This document shows, in pieces, positions 27,717-37,060 of a DNA stretch of 64,000 nucleotides. Below the pieces are notes generated by a model. The model was not told the origin of the DNA and made no database searches. It saw only the letters and a program-made list of their open reading frames with translations. Positions within the stretch are counted from its first letter, which is position 1. Every line of letters starts with the position of its first letter. The translations under genes and the position numbers were made by a program. Source of the stretch: an uncultured bacterium (GTDB lineage: Bacteria; Auribacterota; Erginobacteria; Erginobacterales; CAZKCI01); NCBI GenBank assembly GCA_964584165.1, contig CAZOYW010000007.1, forward strand, positions 32,886 through 96,885. Reading direction: 5' to 3'.

Positions 27717-30179
27717 ATGATCTCGCCTGCCCTCCTCGGCCGCCGGCTCGCGCCCGTTTTCCTCCTCCTCGCCGCCCGCGCCGCCCAGGGCGGCGCGGTT
27801 TTTGAGACCTCGCTCGCCAAGGTTAAGCCGGACTCTCCCCATGAAGGCCCGGCGACGATCGAGATCGCCGCCGCCCGGAACGAATACGAGTCCTTTGCGA
27901 TCATCCTTAACGGCCCCCTCTCCGGCGTCACGGTCGAGTTCTCCTCGCTCACCGGCCCCCAGGGAACCATCCCGGCCTCGTGCCTCCTCGGCTTCCGCGC
28001 CGCTTACCTCAAGATCGCGACCGCCTCCAACTACGAGGGGGATACCGGCCTCTTCCCCGACGCGCTCATCCCCGGGGTTGACCCCTACGCCGGAGAGGAA
28101 CGAAACGCCTTCCCCGTGGACGTCCCTCCGGGGGAGAACCGAACCGTCTGGGTCGATCTCTTTGTCCCCCCCGGAACGCCCGCCGGGCGCTACGCCGGAA
28201 CCGTCCGCGTCCGCTCCTCCTCCTCGCCCGACCAGTTCCTCCCCTACTCCCTGACCGTCTGGAACTTCGACCTCCCCCCCACCTCGTCCCTCCCCACCGC
28301 CTTCGGCTACGAGGCCTGGTCGGTCCTGCGGGGGCACTACGGCGAGGACGGCATGGACAACCACTACGACCAGATCGTTCCCCTCGCCCAGCGCTACGCC
28401 GACTGCGGCCTGATGCACCGCGTCACCCTCTCCTCCTGCCTGCGGGAGGAATGGGATCTCTACGACGATCCCATCCCCTGGGAAGCCCTGGACGCCCGCT
28501 GGGGAAGCTTCTTCGACGGGCGCGACCTTCCCTTCGGCCTGAAAAACGCGCGCCTCACTTCCCTGGAAATTCCGGAGATCGGCGATACGCCGGAGGGCAA
28601 GATCGCCTTCTGGGAGAAGTTCTGCGAACACTACCGCGCCCAGGGCTGGTTCGACCTCCTCTTCGATTACACCTTCGACGAGCCCTCCGAGGCGGCCGAC
28701 TACCAGGCGATCCGCGACCGCGTCGCCCTCCTCCGCGAGGCCGACCCCGGTCTCCGCTCATTGGTCACCGCCGACATCCAGGAAGCCTCGCAGTTCGACG
28801 CCCAGACCGTCATCGACATCTGGGTCCCGATCATCAACGTCATGGACGGCAAGCCCTACCCCGCCTGCTGGGACCCCCAATCGGAATACGCGGGAAGCCA
28901 GCGGACGCTCTACGATCCCCTCCTCGCCGCCGGGGCGGAGCTCTGGTGGTATCAGTCCTGCATGAGCCACGGCTGCGACGGGGCCGACCCGGACGACGCC
29001 TGCGAGTCGGAGTATCCCTCCTACATGGTGGACCATTCTTCGGTGAAGAACCGGGTCATGTCCTGGATGAGCTACTACTACGACGTCCGGGGCGAGCTCT
29101 ACTTCGACGTCAACTACTGCGACGCCGAGGGTGAAGCCTGGGTGAGCACCTACTATTTCGGGGGAAATGGCGACGGGACCTTGATCTACCCCGGTCGGCC
29201 CGACGTGATCGGGGGGACCACGCACATCCCCATCGAGTCCATCCGGATGAAGCAGATCCGGGACGGGATGGAGGACTACGAGTATTTTCGGCTTCTGGAG
29301 AACCTGGCGGGGCGGGATACGGTCCTGGCCATTCTGTCCAGAGCGGTCACCAACGCTTATACCTATTCTGGCGACGGAGCGGTCTACCGGGAGATCCGGC
29401 GCGGGATCGGCGAGAGGCTCTCCCGCGCGGGGGCGCCCCGGGTCATGGCCGGCAGCGATTTCGACGGTGACGGCACGAGCGAGATCGCCGTCTTCCGCCC
29501 CGCGAGCGGCCTCTGGGCGGTCCGGGGGATCACCCGTCTCTCCTTCGGCGCTCCGGGCTCTCTCCCCGTCAACGGAGACCACGACGGAGACGGGACCGAC
29601 GATATCGCGGTCTTCTCCCCCTCCTCCGGACTCTGGGCGGTCCGCGCCGTTACACGCTTCTTCTACGGAAACTCCTCCGATTCCCCCGTCCCGTCCGATC
29701 TCGACGGCGACGGGACGGCCGACTCCGCCGTCTTCCGGGAAGCAACCGGCCTCTGGGCGATCAGGGGATCCTCCCGCTTCTATCTGGGGACGGCCGGAGA
29801 TTTCCCCATCGCCAGCGATAGCCGGGGCGACAGGACGGCTGACGTCGGAATCTTCCGTCCGGGGCTCGGCCTCTGGACGATCCGAGGCGCCACTCGTTTC
29901 TATCTCGGCGGATCGTCGGATCTCCCCGTCTATCTCGACCACGACGGGGACGGGACGGAGTCGGCGGGGATCTTCCGTCCCGCCTCGGGTCTCTGGACGA
30001 TCCGGGGACTGACGCGCTTCTTCTTCGGATCCGCCGGTGACATCCCCTGTCCGGCCGATCCCGACGGCAACGGGAGTGGCGAACCCATCGTTTTCCGGGG
30101 AGGCCAGGGCCTGTGGGCGGCGAGGGGGCTCACCCGCCTCTTCTTCGGCTCGGCCGCCGACATTCCCGTGGCCAAATAG
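27717..30179 (+). CDS. secreted DUF4091/GH123-like domain protein with C-terminal FG-GAP-like repeat domain (paralog 2)
   Basis: Signal peptide. FGGNGDGTLIYPG...ESIRMKQIRDGMEDYEYFRLL resembles DUF4091. Six C-terminal DxDGDG repeats as in 24795 and 54539. Confidence 0.65.
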   Translation: MISPALLGRRLAPVFLLLAARAAQGGAVFETSLAKVKPDSPHEGPATIEIAAARNEYESFAIILNGPLSGVTVEFSSLTGPQGTIPASCLLGFRAAYLKIATASNYEGDTGLFPDALIPGVDPYAGEERNAFPVDVPPGENRTVWVDLFVPPGTPAGRYAGTVRVRSSSSPDQFLPYSLTVWNFDLPPTSSLPTAFGYEAWSVLRGHYGEDGMDNHYDQIVPLAQRYADCGLMHRVTLSSCLREEWDLYDDPIPWEALDARWGSFFDGRDLPFGLKNARLTSLEIPEIGDTPEGKIAFWEKFCEHYRAQGWFDLLFDYTFDEPSEAADYQAIRDRVALLREADPGLRSLVTADIQEASQFDAQTVIDIWVPIINVMDGKPYPACWDPQSEYAGSQRTLYDPLLAAGAELWWYQSCMSHGCDGADPDDACESEYPSYMVDHSSVKNRVMSWMSYYYDVRGELYFDVNYCDAEGEAWVSTYYFGGNGDGTLIYPGRPDVIGGTTHIPIESIRMKQIRDGMEDYEYFRLLENLAGRDTVLAILSRAVTNAYTYSGDGAVYREIRRGIGERLSRAGAPRVMAGSDFDGDGTSEIAVFRPASGLWAVRGITRLSFGAPGSLPVNGDHDGDGTDDIAVFSPSSGLWAVRAVTRFFYGNSSDSPVPSDLDGDGTADSAVFREATGLWAIRGSSRFYLGTAGDFPIASDSRGDRTADVGIFRPGLGLWTIRGATRFYLGGSSDLPVYLDHDGDGTESAGIFRPASGLWTIRGLTRFFFGSAGDIPCPADPDGNGSGEPIVFRGGQGLWAARGLTRLFFGSAADIPVAK

Positions 30180-30234
30180 TGAATGGCGACTAGTGACTGG
30201 TAGCTAGCAAATATTCGCCGGCCAGCGATTATTG

Positions 30235-30287
30235 GTCCATACTGTCCATAAAGTCCATATTGTCCATAACTGTCCTATCGTCCATCC
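30235..30287 (+). promoter_or_regulatory. six GTCCATA heptamers at 9-10 bp phasing immediately upstream of the hypD ATG
   Basis: gtccatactgtccataaagtccatattgtccataactgtcctatcgtccatcc. Confidence 0.5.
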
Positions 30288-30292
30288 AGCCC

Positions 30293-31561
30293 ATGCCAGC
30301 TCCCACCTCCCATCGCCTCTCCCAGGCCATCGCCGCCGCCGCCCGCGGACAGACCTTCGCCCTGATGGAGGTCTGCGGGACCCACACCGTCTCCATCTTC
30401 CGCTCCGGGCTCCGCTCCCTCCTCCCCGAGACCATCCGCCTCGTCTCCGGACCGGGCTGCCCGGTCTGTGTCACGCCGGTCGAGTACCTCGACCGCCTGA
30501 TCGCCCTCGCCCGCCGGCCCAAGACCGTCATCGCCACGTTCGGCGACCTGATGAGGGTGCCCGGTTCGAGATCGTCGCTGGCGAAGGAGAGAGCGCGCGG
30601 CGCGGACGTCCGTCTCGTCTATTCCCCCTTGGACAGCGTACGGATCGCCGCCGCCGAGAGGGGGAAGCGCGTGGTCCTCGCCGCCGTCGGCTTCGAGACC
30701 ACCATGCCCGCGGTGGCCGCCGCCGTCCTGGAGGCGGAAAAGCTTGGGCTCGACAACTATTTCATCCTCCCCGGCGGGAGGATGATCGCGCCCGCGATGG
30801 AGTCCCTGCTGGCCCGAACCGGGGAGGATCGTTCGGCCGGTCATTGCCAGGACCCCGAGCGGAGCGAGGGGGACGAAGCAATCTCTCCCTCTCGCCGCTC
30901 TGTCATTGCGAGGACCCCCGAGCGGAGCGAGGGGGACGAAGCAATCTCTCCCTCACGCCGACGGAGAGATCGCTTCGCTTCGCTCTCCCTGACCACCCGG
31001 GCCGTCGAAAAGCCCCTCCGCGGCATCGACGGATTCATCTGCCCCGGCCACGTCTCCGTCGTCACCGGGATGGAACCCTACGAGCGGATCGCCCGGAGGT
31101 ATAAGGTCCCCTGCGCCGTCGCCGGATTCGAAGCGGAGGACATCCTCCTGGCGGTCCTGACGTTGGTGAGGATGATCCGGGAGGGGAAGGCCGGGGCGGC
31201 CAACCTCTACACCCGGGCCGTGCGAACGGAGGGGAATCGAAGGGCGCAGGACCTCCTGCGCCGGGTTTTCCGCGCCGGAGACGCCCCCTGGCGGGGCCTG
31301 GGGACGATCCCGGGGAGCGGCTTCGCCCTGAAAAATGAGTTCCGCCGCTTCGATGCCCGGACGGCGATCCCGCTCCGCCTCCCGCCGGCGCGCGAGGACC
31401 CCCGCTGCCGCTGTGGCGAGGTCCTCACCGGCCGGATCGTCCCCCCCGCCTGCCCCGCCTTCGCCCGCCGCTGCACCCCCGACCGCCCCCTCGGCCCCTG
31501 CATGGTCTCGAGCGAGGGGGCCTGCGCCGCCTGGTTCTCTTTATCGCGGTGCGATCCGTAG
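30293..31561 (+). CDS. hypD: [NiFe]-hydrogenase maturation factor HypD (with in-frame ~55-aa repeat insertion)
   Basis: MEVCGTHT, GPGCPVCV, FETTMP, GFICPGHVS, CRCGEV, MVSSEGACAAW: all HypD hallmarks. Followed by a perfect 11-bp-stem hairpin at 31562-31586. Confidence 0.85.
   Translation: MPAPTSHRLSQAIAAAARGQTFALMEVCGTHTVSIFRSGLRSLLPETIRLVSGPGCPVCVTPVEYLDRLIALARRPKTVIATFGDLMRVPGSRSSLAKERARGADVRLVYSPLDSVRIAAAERGKRVVLAAVGFETTMPAVAAAVLEAEKLGLDNYFILPGGRMIAPAMESLLARTGEDRSAGHCQDPERSEGDEAISPSRRSVIARTPERSEGDEAISPSRRRRDRFASLSLTTRAVEKPLRGIDGFICPGHVSVVTGMEPYERIARRYKVPCAVAGFEAEDILLAVLTLVRMIREGKAGAANLYTRAVRTEGNRRAQDLLRRVFRAGDAPWRGLGTIPGSGFALKNEFRRFDARTAIPLRLPPAREDPRCRCGEVLTGRIVPPACPAFARRCTPDRPLGPCMVSSEGACAAWFSLSRCDP
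30842..30993. repeat. 2 x 62-bp tandem direct repeat plus partial inverted copy, inserted in-frame inside hypD
   Basis: Two copies of cattgc(c/g)aggaccccgagcggagcgagggggacgaagcaatctctccctc(t/a)cgccg, followed by the partial inverted copy ggagagatcgcttcgcttcgctctccc. Encodes a duplicated ERSEGDEAISPSRR segment. Confidence 0.8.
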
Positions 31562-31735
31562 GCGCGGACATTTATGTCCGCGCGCCCTGCCGTGGAGTGT
31601 GAAGCGAAAGCTTCACGCCGATTTGGAGTGCGGCGACACGTCGCCGCTTTCGCCATCGGGGCAGGAATGCCCCTCCTACAAGCACGCTATCGATCGCCCC
31701 CCCGATTATTCCGTGAAGATGGCGACGCTGATCCT

Positions 31736-32512
31736 TCAGCCAACGGCTTTCAGCCTGCCCAACGCCGACAGCAATCCGTCCAGGATGGTCAGCGGATGAG
31801 GAGGACAGCCGGGTATGAAGAGGTCGACCGGGAGGAGCCCGGGGAGGCCGCCGTGCGCTTCGGGATGGCCGGCGTAGATGCCGCCGGAGATCGCGCAGGC
31901 GCCGACGGCAATGACGATCTTCGGGGAAGGGACGGCCGCGTAGGTCTTGAGGAGCGCGAGCCGCATGTTTTCCGTCACCGGCCCGGTGACGAGGATACCG
32001 TCGGCGTGGCGGGGCGAGGCGACGAACTGGATGCCGAAGCGGCCGATGTCCCAGGCCAGCGTGCCGAGGACGTTGGTGTCGGCCTCGCAGGCGTTGCAGC
32101 CGCCGGCCGAAACCTGGCGGAGTTTCAGCGAACGCGAGAAGCACTTCCTCCGGTCTTCCCGGAGAAGCGGAGGAACCCGCTCACTCCCCGGAACGACGAC
32201 GAGATCCTCCCGCCGGGCCGCGGCGAGGCGGTGGTCGCGGCTGAACAAGACCGCGCCCGAAGGGCAGGCGGCGCGGCAGGCCCCGCAAAAGATGCATAAG
32301 CCCATGTCCAGTCGCAGCGGAGTGGAATCGCGAGGCGGCTGGATCGCCCCGGTCGGGCAGATGGCCGCGCAGGACCGGCAGCCCGGAGCGCATTTCCCGC
32401 CCTCCAGAACCGGACGGCCGATAAAAAGCGCGGGCAATTCCGGCGCCGGGCCGGCGGGATAGGGCATGGTCCGATATCCCTGGTGGAAACGGGCTTTCAA
32501 TATCTCCAGCAT
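31736..32512 (-). CDS. fused 2x[4Fe-4S] ferredoxin (HycF/NuoI-like) + hydrogenase small-subunit/NuoB-like (HycG-type) protein
   Basis: CAPGCRSCAAICP and CIFCGACRAACP; then GGCNACE, VGACAISGG, IPGCPP (proximal-cluster ligands). Confidence 0.75.
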   Translation of the reverse strand: MLEILKARFHQGYRTMPYPAGPAPELPALFIGRPVLEGGKCAPGCRSCAAICPTGAIQPPRDSTPLRLDMGLCIFCGACRAACPSGAVLFSRDHRLAAARREDLVVVPGSERVPPLLREDRRKCFSRSLKLRQVSAGGCNACEADTNVLGTLAWDIGRFGIQFVASPRHADGILVTGPVTENMRLALLKTYAAVPSPKIVIAVGACAISGGIYAGHPEAHGGLPGLLPVDLFIPGCPPHPLTILDGLLSALGRLKAVG

Positions 32513-32522
32513 GTATTCCTCT

Positions 32523-34013
32523 TCACCGATCGAAGCCGCAGTAAGAGAGATTGAAACTCTTGTTGCAGAGGGGGAAGTCCGAGATCTGGCCGTTGCGCAG
32601 GGCGAGGGCGAGACCAAACCAGTTGTGGAAGGAGGGATCGACCGCCTGGTAGCGAGCGAAACGCCCCGCGTCATCGGTGACCGCCGCGTGGCAGATCTCG
32701 CCGCGCCAGCCCTCGACCAGGGCCACGGCGAGCCTCCCCGCCGCCCAAGGCCCCCCCTCCACCCGCGCCGGACCCTCGGGCAGGGCCTGGAGCTGCTCGG
32801 CGATGAAGGCCGCCGACCTCTGGATCTCGAGCCAGCGGACGAAGGCCCGGGCGAAGACGTCGCCGGTCTCCGCCGAGGCCGGCGGGATGTGCGCCATCCG
32901 GAAGATCCCGAAGGGAAAATCCCGGCGGACGTCGCGGGCGAGTCCGGAGGCGCGAGCCGCCAAGCCCACCAAACCTGCCGCCGCCGCGTCCGCCCCCGTC
33001 ACCACGCCCGTCCCCTCGAACCTGGCCAGGACCGACGGCGTCTCCCAGAGAAGCCCGATCGCCGATTCGGCGTCGCGCAGAGCCGCCGCCAGGCGCTCCC
33101 GCAGCCGAGCGGCGGTTTTCTCCTCCAGATCGAACCCGACGCCTCCCGGTCGCATCATCCCGCGTCCGAATCGGTTGCCGCAGAGGGCGGCCGTGAGGTT
33201 CAGGACGTCACCCCGGATCCGCCCGCAGTAGGACATCGTGGGCAGGAAGCCGACGTCGCCGGAGAGAGCCCCCAGATCTCCGAGATGGTTGGCGATCCGC
33301 TCCAGCTCCAGCGCCACGCCCCGAATGACCTGGGCCCGCGCCGAGACCCGGCAGCCGGAGAGCGCTTCCGCGATCCGGCAGTACGCCATGGCGTGGCCCA
33401 CCGTGGTGTCGCCGGCGAGCGTTTCCAGGTAATGAATGGTTTTCGACGCGGGAGCGCCGACCAGCGCCCGTTCGATGCCGCGGTGCTGATAGCCGAGCGA
33501 GATCTCCAGGTGGTGGACGACCTCGCCGTGGCACTGGAAACGGAAGTGCCCCGGCTCGATGATCCCCGCGTGCACCGGCCCCACCGCCACCTCGTGGATC
33601 TCCTCGCCCTCGATCCGGAAAAAGTCCGCGGCGCCGCAGGAAACGGCCGGGCGGCCGGAAAGGCGCGCCGGGGGGAAACGCACCGGTTTCAGCCAGGGGT
33701 GGCCCCGGGGTTCGACGCCGGTCTCCTCGAATATCTCCCGCTCGAAGAGATGCGCCTGGGGACATAACGGCGTCAAGGCGGGATAGCCATCACTGACGGC
33801 GGCGGAGAGGACCGAGAGGATGCCTCGGTCTTCCCGGGCGATGACGGCGACCAGACGCGCCCCCGCCGGCCCGGGGAGGCCGAAGAAAGACGCCAGCCGC
33901 CCGCCGCGGCGAACGCCGATGAGAATGGACTCCCGGAACTCCTCCACGGTGAGAAGGGGGACTTCGCCGAGATCCACCGCGGCGCCGCTCAAGAGGGGAA
34001 CGCCCGCGATCAC
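32523..34013 (-). CDS. NuoC-NuoD-like fused large subunit of an energy-converting-hydrogenase-related complex; NiFe-binding cysteines absent
   Basis: NuoC-like LFEREIFEETGVEPRGHPWL; NuoD-like GPVHAGIIEPGHFRF, ISLGYQHRGIER. Cys are absent at the L1 position (ETLAGDTTVGHAMAY instead of RxCGxCxxxH) and at the C-terminal L2 position (NLSYCGFDR instead of DPCxxCxxR). GTGA-coupled start. Confidence 0.75.
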   Translation of the reverse strand: MIAGVPLLSGAAVDLGEVPLLTVEEFRESILIGVRRGGRLASFFGLPGPAGARLVAVIAREDRGILSVLSAAVSDGYPALTPLCPQAHLFEREIFEETGVEPRGHPWLKPVRFPPARLSGRPAVSCGAADFFRIEGEEIHEVAVGPVHAGIIEPGHFRFQCHGEVVHHLEISLGYQHRGIERALVGAPASKTIHYLETLAGDTTVGHAMAYCRIAEALSGCRVSARAQVIRGVALELERIANHLGDLGALSGDVGFLPTMSYCGRIRGDVLNLTAALCGNRFGRGMMRPGGVGFDLEEKTAARLRERLAAALRDAESAIGLLWETPSVLARFEGTGVVTGADAAAAGLVGLAARASGLARDVRRDFPFGIFRMAHIPPASAETGDVFARAFVRWLEIQRSAAFIAEQLQALPEGPARVEGGPWAAGRLAVALVEGWRGEICHAAVTDDAGRFARYQAVDPSFHNWFGLALALRNGQISDFPLCNKSFNLSYCGFDR

Positions 34014-35491
34014 GGCGTCGCCCCCAGTATCCGGGCGGCCTGGGCGAGCGCGCCCAGCAGCGGAGGCGGCATCCAGACCCCCAGGAGGAGGAGCGCGCCG
34101 AGCGGTCCGAAGACCAGCGCCCCCTCGATCCAACATGCCTTCGGCGGTTTCACCGCCGCCGCCGGGGGATCCCAGGCCATCGCGATGACATGGCGGAGAG
34201 CCCCCACGAAGACGACGCCGACGCCGGAGAGGAAGAGGACGGCGGCCAGCCGGGCGCCGCTGTCCAGCGCGGCTTTGAGGATCAGGAACTCGCTCATGAA
34301 GAGGGCGAAGGGAGCGACGCCGAGGAGGGCGAGCAGGCTGCCGACGAGTCCGGACCCCCAGACCGGCGAGGAGCGCAGGAGGCCCGTCATCCCGCGCATA
34401 TCGTGCGTCCCGTAGATCTGCCCCAGCCTCCCCGCGCAGAAGAACGAGAGGGATTTGCAGAGGGAATGATTGAGCGTGTGCCAGAGGGCCGCCACCGCGC
34501 CGAAACCGCCCAGGCCGACGCCCAGCGCGATGATCCCCAGGTGCTCCACGCTGTGGTAGGCGAGGAGACGCTTGAGGTCGTGCTGGGCCACGATAAAGGC
34601 CGCCGCCACGATGATCGAGACGAGGCCGAAGGCCAGGAGGATCCCCCTTCCCCAGCCCGCGCCGCCCGGGATCGCCTCGGTGAGGGGGAGGCAGCGGAGG
34701 ATGCAGTAGAGGGCGGCGTTGAGCATGAAGCCGGAGAAGACGGCCGAGACCGGGGCGGGCGCCTGGCTGTGGGCGTCCGGGAGCCAGTTGTGCATGGGCG
34801 CCAGCCCCGCCTTGACGCCGTAGCCGACGACCAGGAAGATGAAGCCGGCCTTGAGGAGCGCGGGGTCGAGGCGGGAGGCGGCCGCCCGGGTCGCCGTCCA
34901 GGAGAGCGCGGCGGTCCCCTGGAGGCCCGCCATCCCCGCCGCCGCGGCGACCAGGAGCGCGCCGGTGAAGGCGAGCGCCACGCCGACCGAACACATCAGA
35001 AGGTATTTCCACATCGCCTCCAGCGAGGCCGGCGAGGGATGGATGCAGACCAGGAAGGCGGTGAGGAGCGTGGTCGCCTCGATCCCCACCCACATCAGGC
35101 CCAGGTTGTCGGAGAGGAGCGTGACGAGCATCGCCGCCAGCGACCCGAACCAGAGGCCGCCGTAGCGCCGCGCCGTTTTCCGGGAGAACTCCCCCGCTTC
35201 GATCTCGGCCCGGAAATAGCCGACGGCGTAGAGGGCGCTCAGGGAGAAGATCAACATCATCACCGCCAGGTGATAGGCCGAGAGCGCGTCGAGGCGGAGC
35301 CAGCCCCAGCCGGCCGAGACCGGCCCGGCGCGGAAGACCGTGACCGTGGCGACGGCGGCCAGGCCCGCCGTGATAAGCGTGCCCGCCGCCCCGAAGCGGA
35401 GGATCGCGGACGCGGAGGGAAGCGCGAGCGAGACGCCCGCCAGCGCCACCGGGAGCGCCGCCAGCAGAGGCAATAGCCATTCCGCGTTCAT
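34010..35491 (-). CDS. NuoN/NuoM/HyfF-like antiporter-type membrane subunit
   Basis: 493 aa, polytopic. KAGLAPMHNWLPDAHSQAP motif of complex I antiporter-like subunits. Confidence 0.8.
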   Translation of the reverse strand: MNAEWLLPLLAALPVALAGVSLALPSASAILRFGAAGTLITAGLAAVATVTVFRAGPVSAGWGWLRLDALSAYHLAVMMLIFSLSALYAVGYFRAEIEAGEFSRKTARRYGGLWFGSLAAMLVTLLSDNLGLMWVGIEATTLLTAFLVCIHPSPASLEAMWKYLLMCSVGVALAFTGALLVAAAAGMAGLQGTAALSWTATRAAASRLDPALLKAGFIFLVVGYGVKAGLAPMHNWLPDAHSQAPAPVSAVFSGFMLNAALYCILRCLPLTEAIPGGAGWGRGILLAFGLVSIIVAAAFIVAQHDLKRLLAYHSVEHLGIIALGVGLGGFGAVAALWHTLNHSLCKSLSFFCAGRLGQIYGTHDMRGMTGLLRSSPVWGSGLVGSLLALLGVAPFALFMSEFLILKAALDSGARLAAVLFLSGVGVVFVGALRHVIAMAWDPPAAAVKPPKACWIEGALVFGPLGALLLLGVWMPPPLLGALAQAARILGATP

Positions 35492-35494
35492 GGG

Positions 35495-36136
35495 TCAGCC
35501 TTTCAGGACGTTCAGCCGGTCGGCGTCGATGTGGTCAAACTCGCGGTTGATCCGGTAGATGGCGATCCCCATCACGAAGACCGCCGCGAAGAGGTCCATC
35601 AGGACGCCCAGCTCGATCAGGACCGGGATCTCCCGGGCGATCGCCAGGCCGAAAACGTAGATGCCGTTCTCGACCGCGAGATAGCCGATCGCCTGGTTCA
35701 TCGCCGTTCTCCGGGCCACGATCAGGAAGAGGCCGGTCAGCATCATCAGGAAAGACAACGGCGCGATGAGTCCCGAGGCGGTCTTCAGGGGAAGCGGCAA
35801 GCGGGAGTCGAGCCAGAAGGAGGCGAGCAGGGCGACCACGCCGAAGAGCAGGGACGCGGCGTAGCCGATGAAGGGCCGGGACTCGCGGTTGATGTCGGAT
35901 TCCCGCAAGGCGCGCGCGAGGAGACGGGGGAAAACGAAGCCCTTCATTCCGACCACGATCGCGCCGACCAAGGCCAGGCGCGTCGTCAGGCCGCCGCGCA
36001 GCGCGAGCGGAAGCAGCCCCGCCAGTATCCCCTGGACGGCGCCGATCCGGATGGAGACGCCGAAACGCCCCGCCCCCAGCAGAAGAAAGCTGGTCAGGAC
36101 CAGGGCGACGAGGAGCGTGTCCAGAACCGTCTTCAT
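35495..36136 (-). CDS. HyfE-like small membrane subunit
   Basis: 213 aa, about 6 TM helices. Position and size as HyfE/MbhH-type subunits. Confidence 0.6.
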   Translation of the reverse strand: MKTVLDTLLVALVLTSFLLLGAGRFGVSIRIGAVQGILAGLLPLALRGGLTTRLALVGAIVVGMKGFVFPRLLARALRESDINRESRPFIGYAASLLFGVVALLASFWLDSRLPLPLKTASGLIAPLSFLMMLTGLFLIVARRTAMNQAIGYLAVENGIYVFGLAIAREIPVLIELGVLMDLFAAVFVMGIAIYRINREFDHIDADRLNVLKG

Positions 36137-37053
36137 GACGCGAAACCCGCTACCAGGGCGAAGGCGAGCGCCGAGATGGCGCCCGCGCCCACCAGGAGCT
36201 GGGGGACCTTGGCGAGGGGGAGACGCGCCATCACCGACTCGATCGCGCCCACCGCGACGGCGAGAACCCCCATCCCTCCGGCGAAGGCGGCGAAGGCGAG
36301 CGGGGACGGAAGCTCCCAGGGCGAGAGGACGAGGTTCACGATCAGGCTCCCCGTCACCCAGAGCTTCAGCGAGGCGCCGTAGAGGACTAAAGCCAGGTCG
36401 GGGCCGGAGTAGTCCAGGATCATCACCTCGTGGATCATGGTGAGCTCGAGGTGCGTGTTGGGATCGTCCACCGGGATGCGCGAGTTCTCCGCCAGGAAAA
36501 CGATCAGGAGCGCCGAGGCGACCAGCGCCAGGGCGGGCCCCGACGCCGCCCAGGACGACCGGGAGAGGCCGGCGAAGATCCCGCTCAGGGAGAGCGAGTC
36601 GCCGGAACGGGCCAGGGCGGCCAGGCCGAGGAGGAGAGCCGGCTCGGCCAGGGCGGCGAACTGGACCTCGCGCGACGCCCCCATGCCTCCGAAGCTCGAC
36701 CCGGTGTCCAGTGCCGCGATCACCGTGACGAACCTCATCAACCCCAGGCAGTAGGCGAAGAGGATCAGGTCGCCCGGGAAGGAGACCGGCGCCGGCGACC
36801 CCGGGACGGGCAGGATCGTGAGCGCCGCCGCCACGGACGCGAGAGAGATCGCGGGAGCGGCTCGGAATACCCAGGTGGTGGTGCGGCTGTAAACGGCCCC
36901 TTTCCGGAGAAGCTTGGCGAGATCGCGGTAGGACTGGAGGAGGGGCGATCCCCGCCTCCCCGCGAAGACGGCCTTGGTCCGGTTGATCACTCCCGAGAGG
37001 AGGGGAGCGAGGAGAAGTCCGGCGACCGGCAATAGTATCGAAGACAGGCGCAT
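36133..37053 (-). CDS. NuoH/HycD/HyfC-like membrane subunit
   Basis: LLSGVINRTKAVFAGRRGSPLLQSYRDLAKLLRKG (HycD-type N-terminus). Confidence 0.8.
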   Translation of the reverse strand: MRLSSILLPVAGLLLAPLLSGVINRTKAVFAGRRGSPLLQSYRDLAKLLRKGAVYSRTTTWVFRAAPAISLASVAAALTILPVPGSPAPVSFPGDLILFAYCLGLMRFVTVIAALDTGSSFGGMGASREVQFAALAEPALLLGLAALARSGDSLSLSGIFAGLSRSSWAASGPALALVASALLIVFLAENSRIPVDDPNTHLELTMIHEVMILDYSGPDLALVLYGASLKLWVTGSLIVNLVLSPWELPSPLAFAAFAGGMGVLAVAVGAIESVMARLPLAKVPQLLVGAGAISALAFALVAGFAS

Positions 37054-37060
37054 GACGGCT

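Noticed and set aside
30260-30292. TTG 30260 as the hypD start (ORF track)
   Set aside because: It would translate the GTCCATA repeat array. HypD orthologs begin near the equivalent of ATG 30293.
32523-35480. 985-aa ORF as a single protein
   Set aside because: Its upstream two-thirds overlaps the NuoN-like gene, which lies in another frame with clear membrane-protein features. Only the C-terminal 497 codons, starting at a GTGA-coupled GTG, correspond to the NuoCD-like large subunit.
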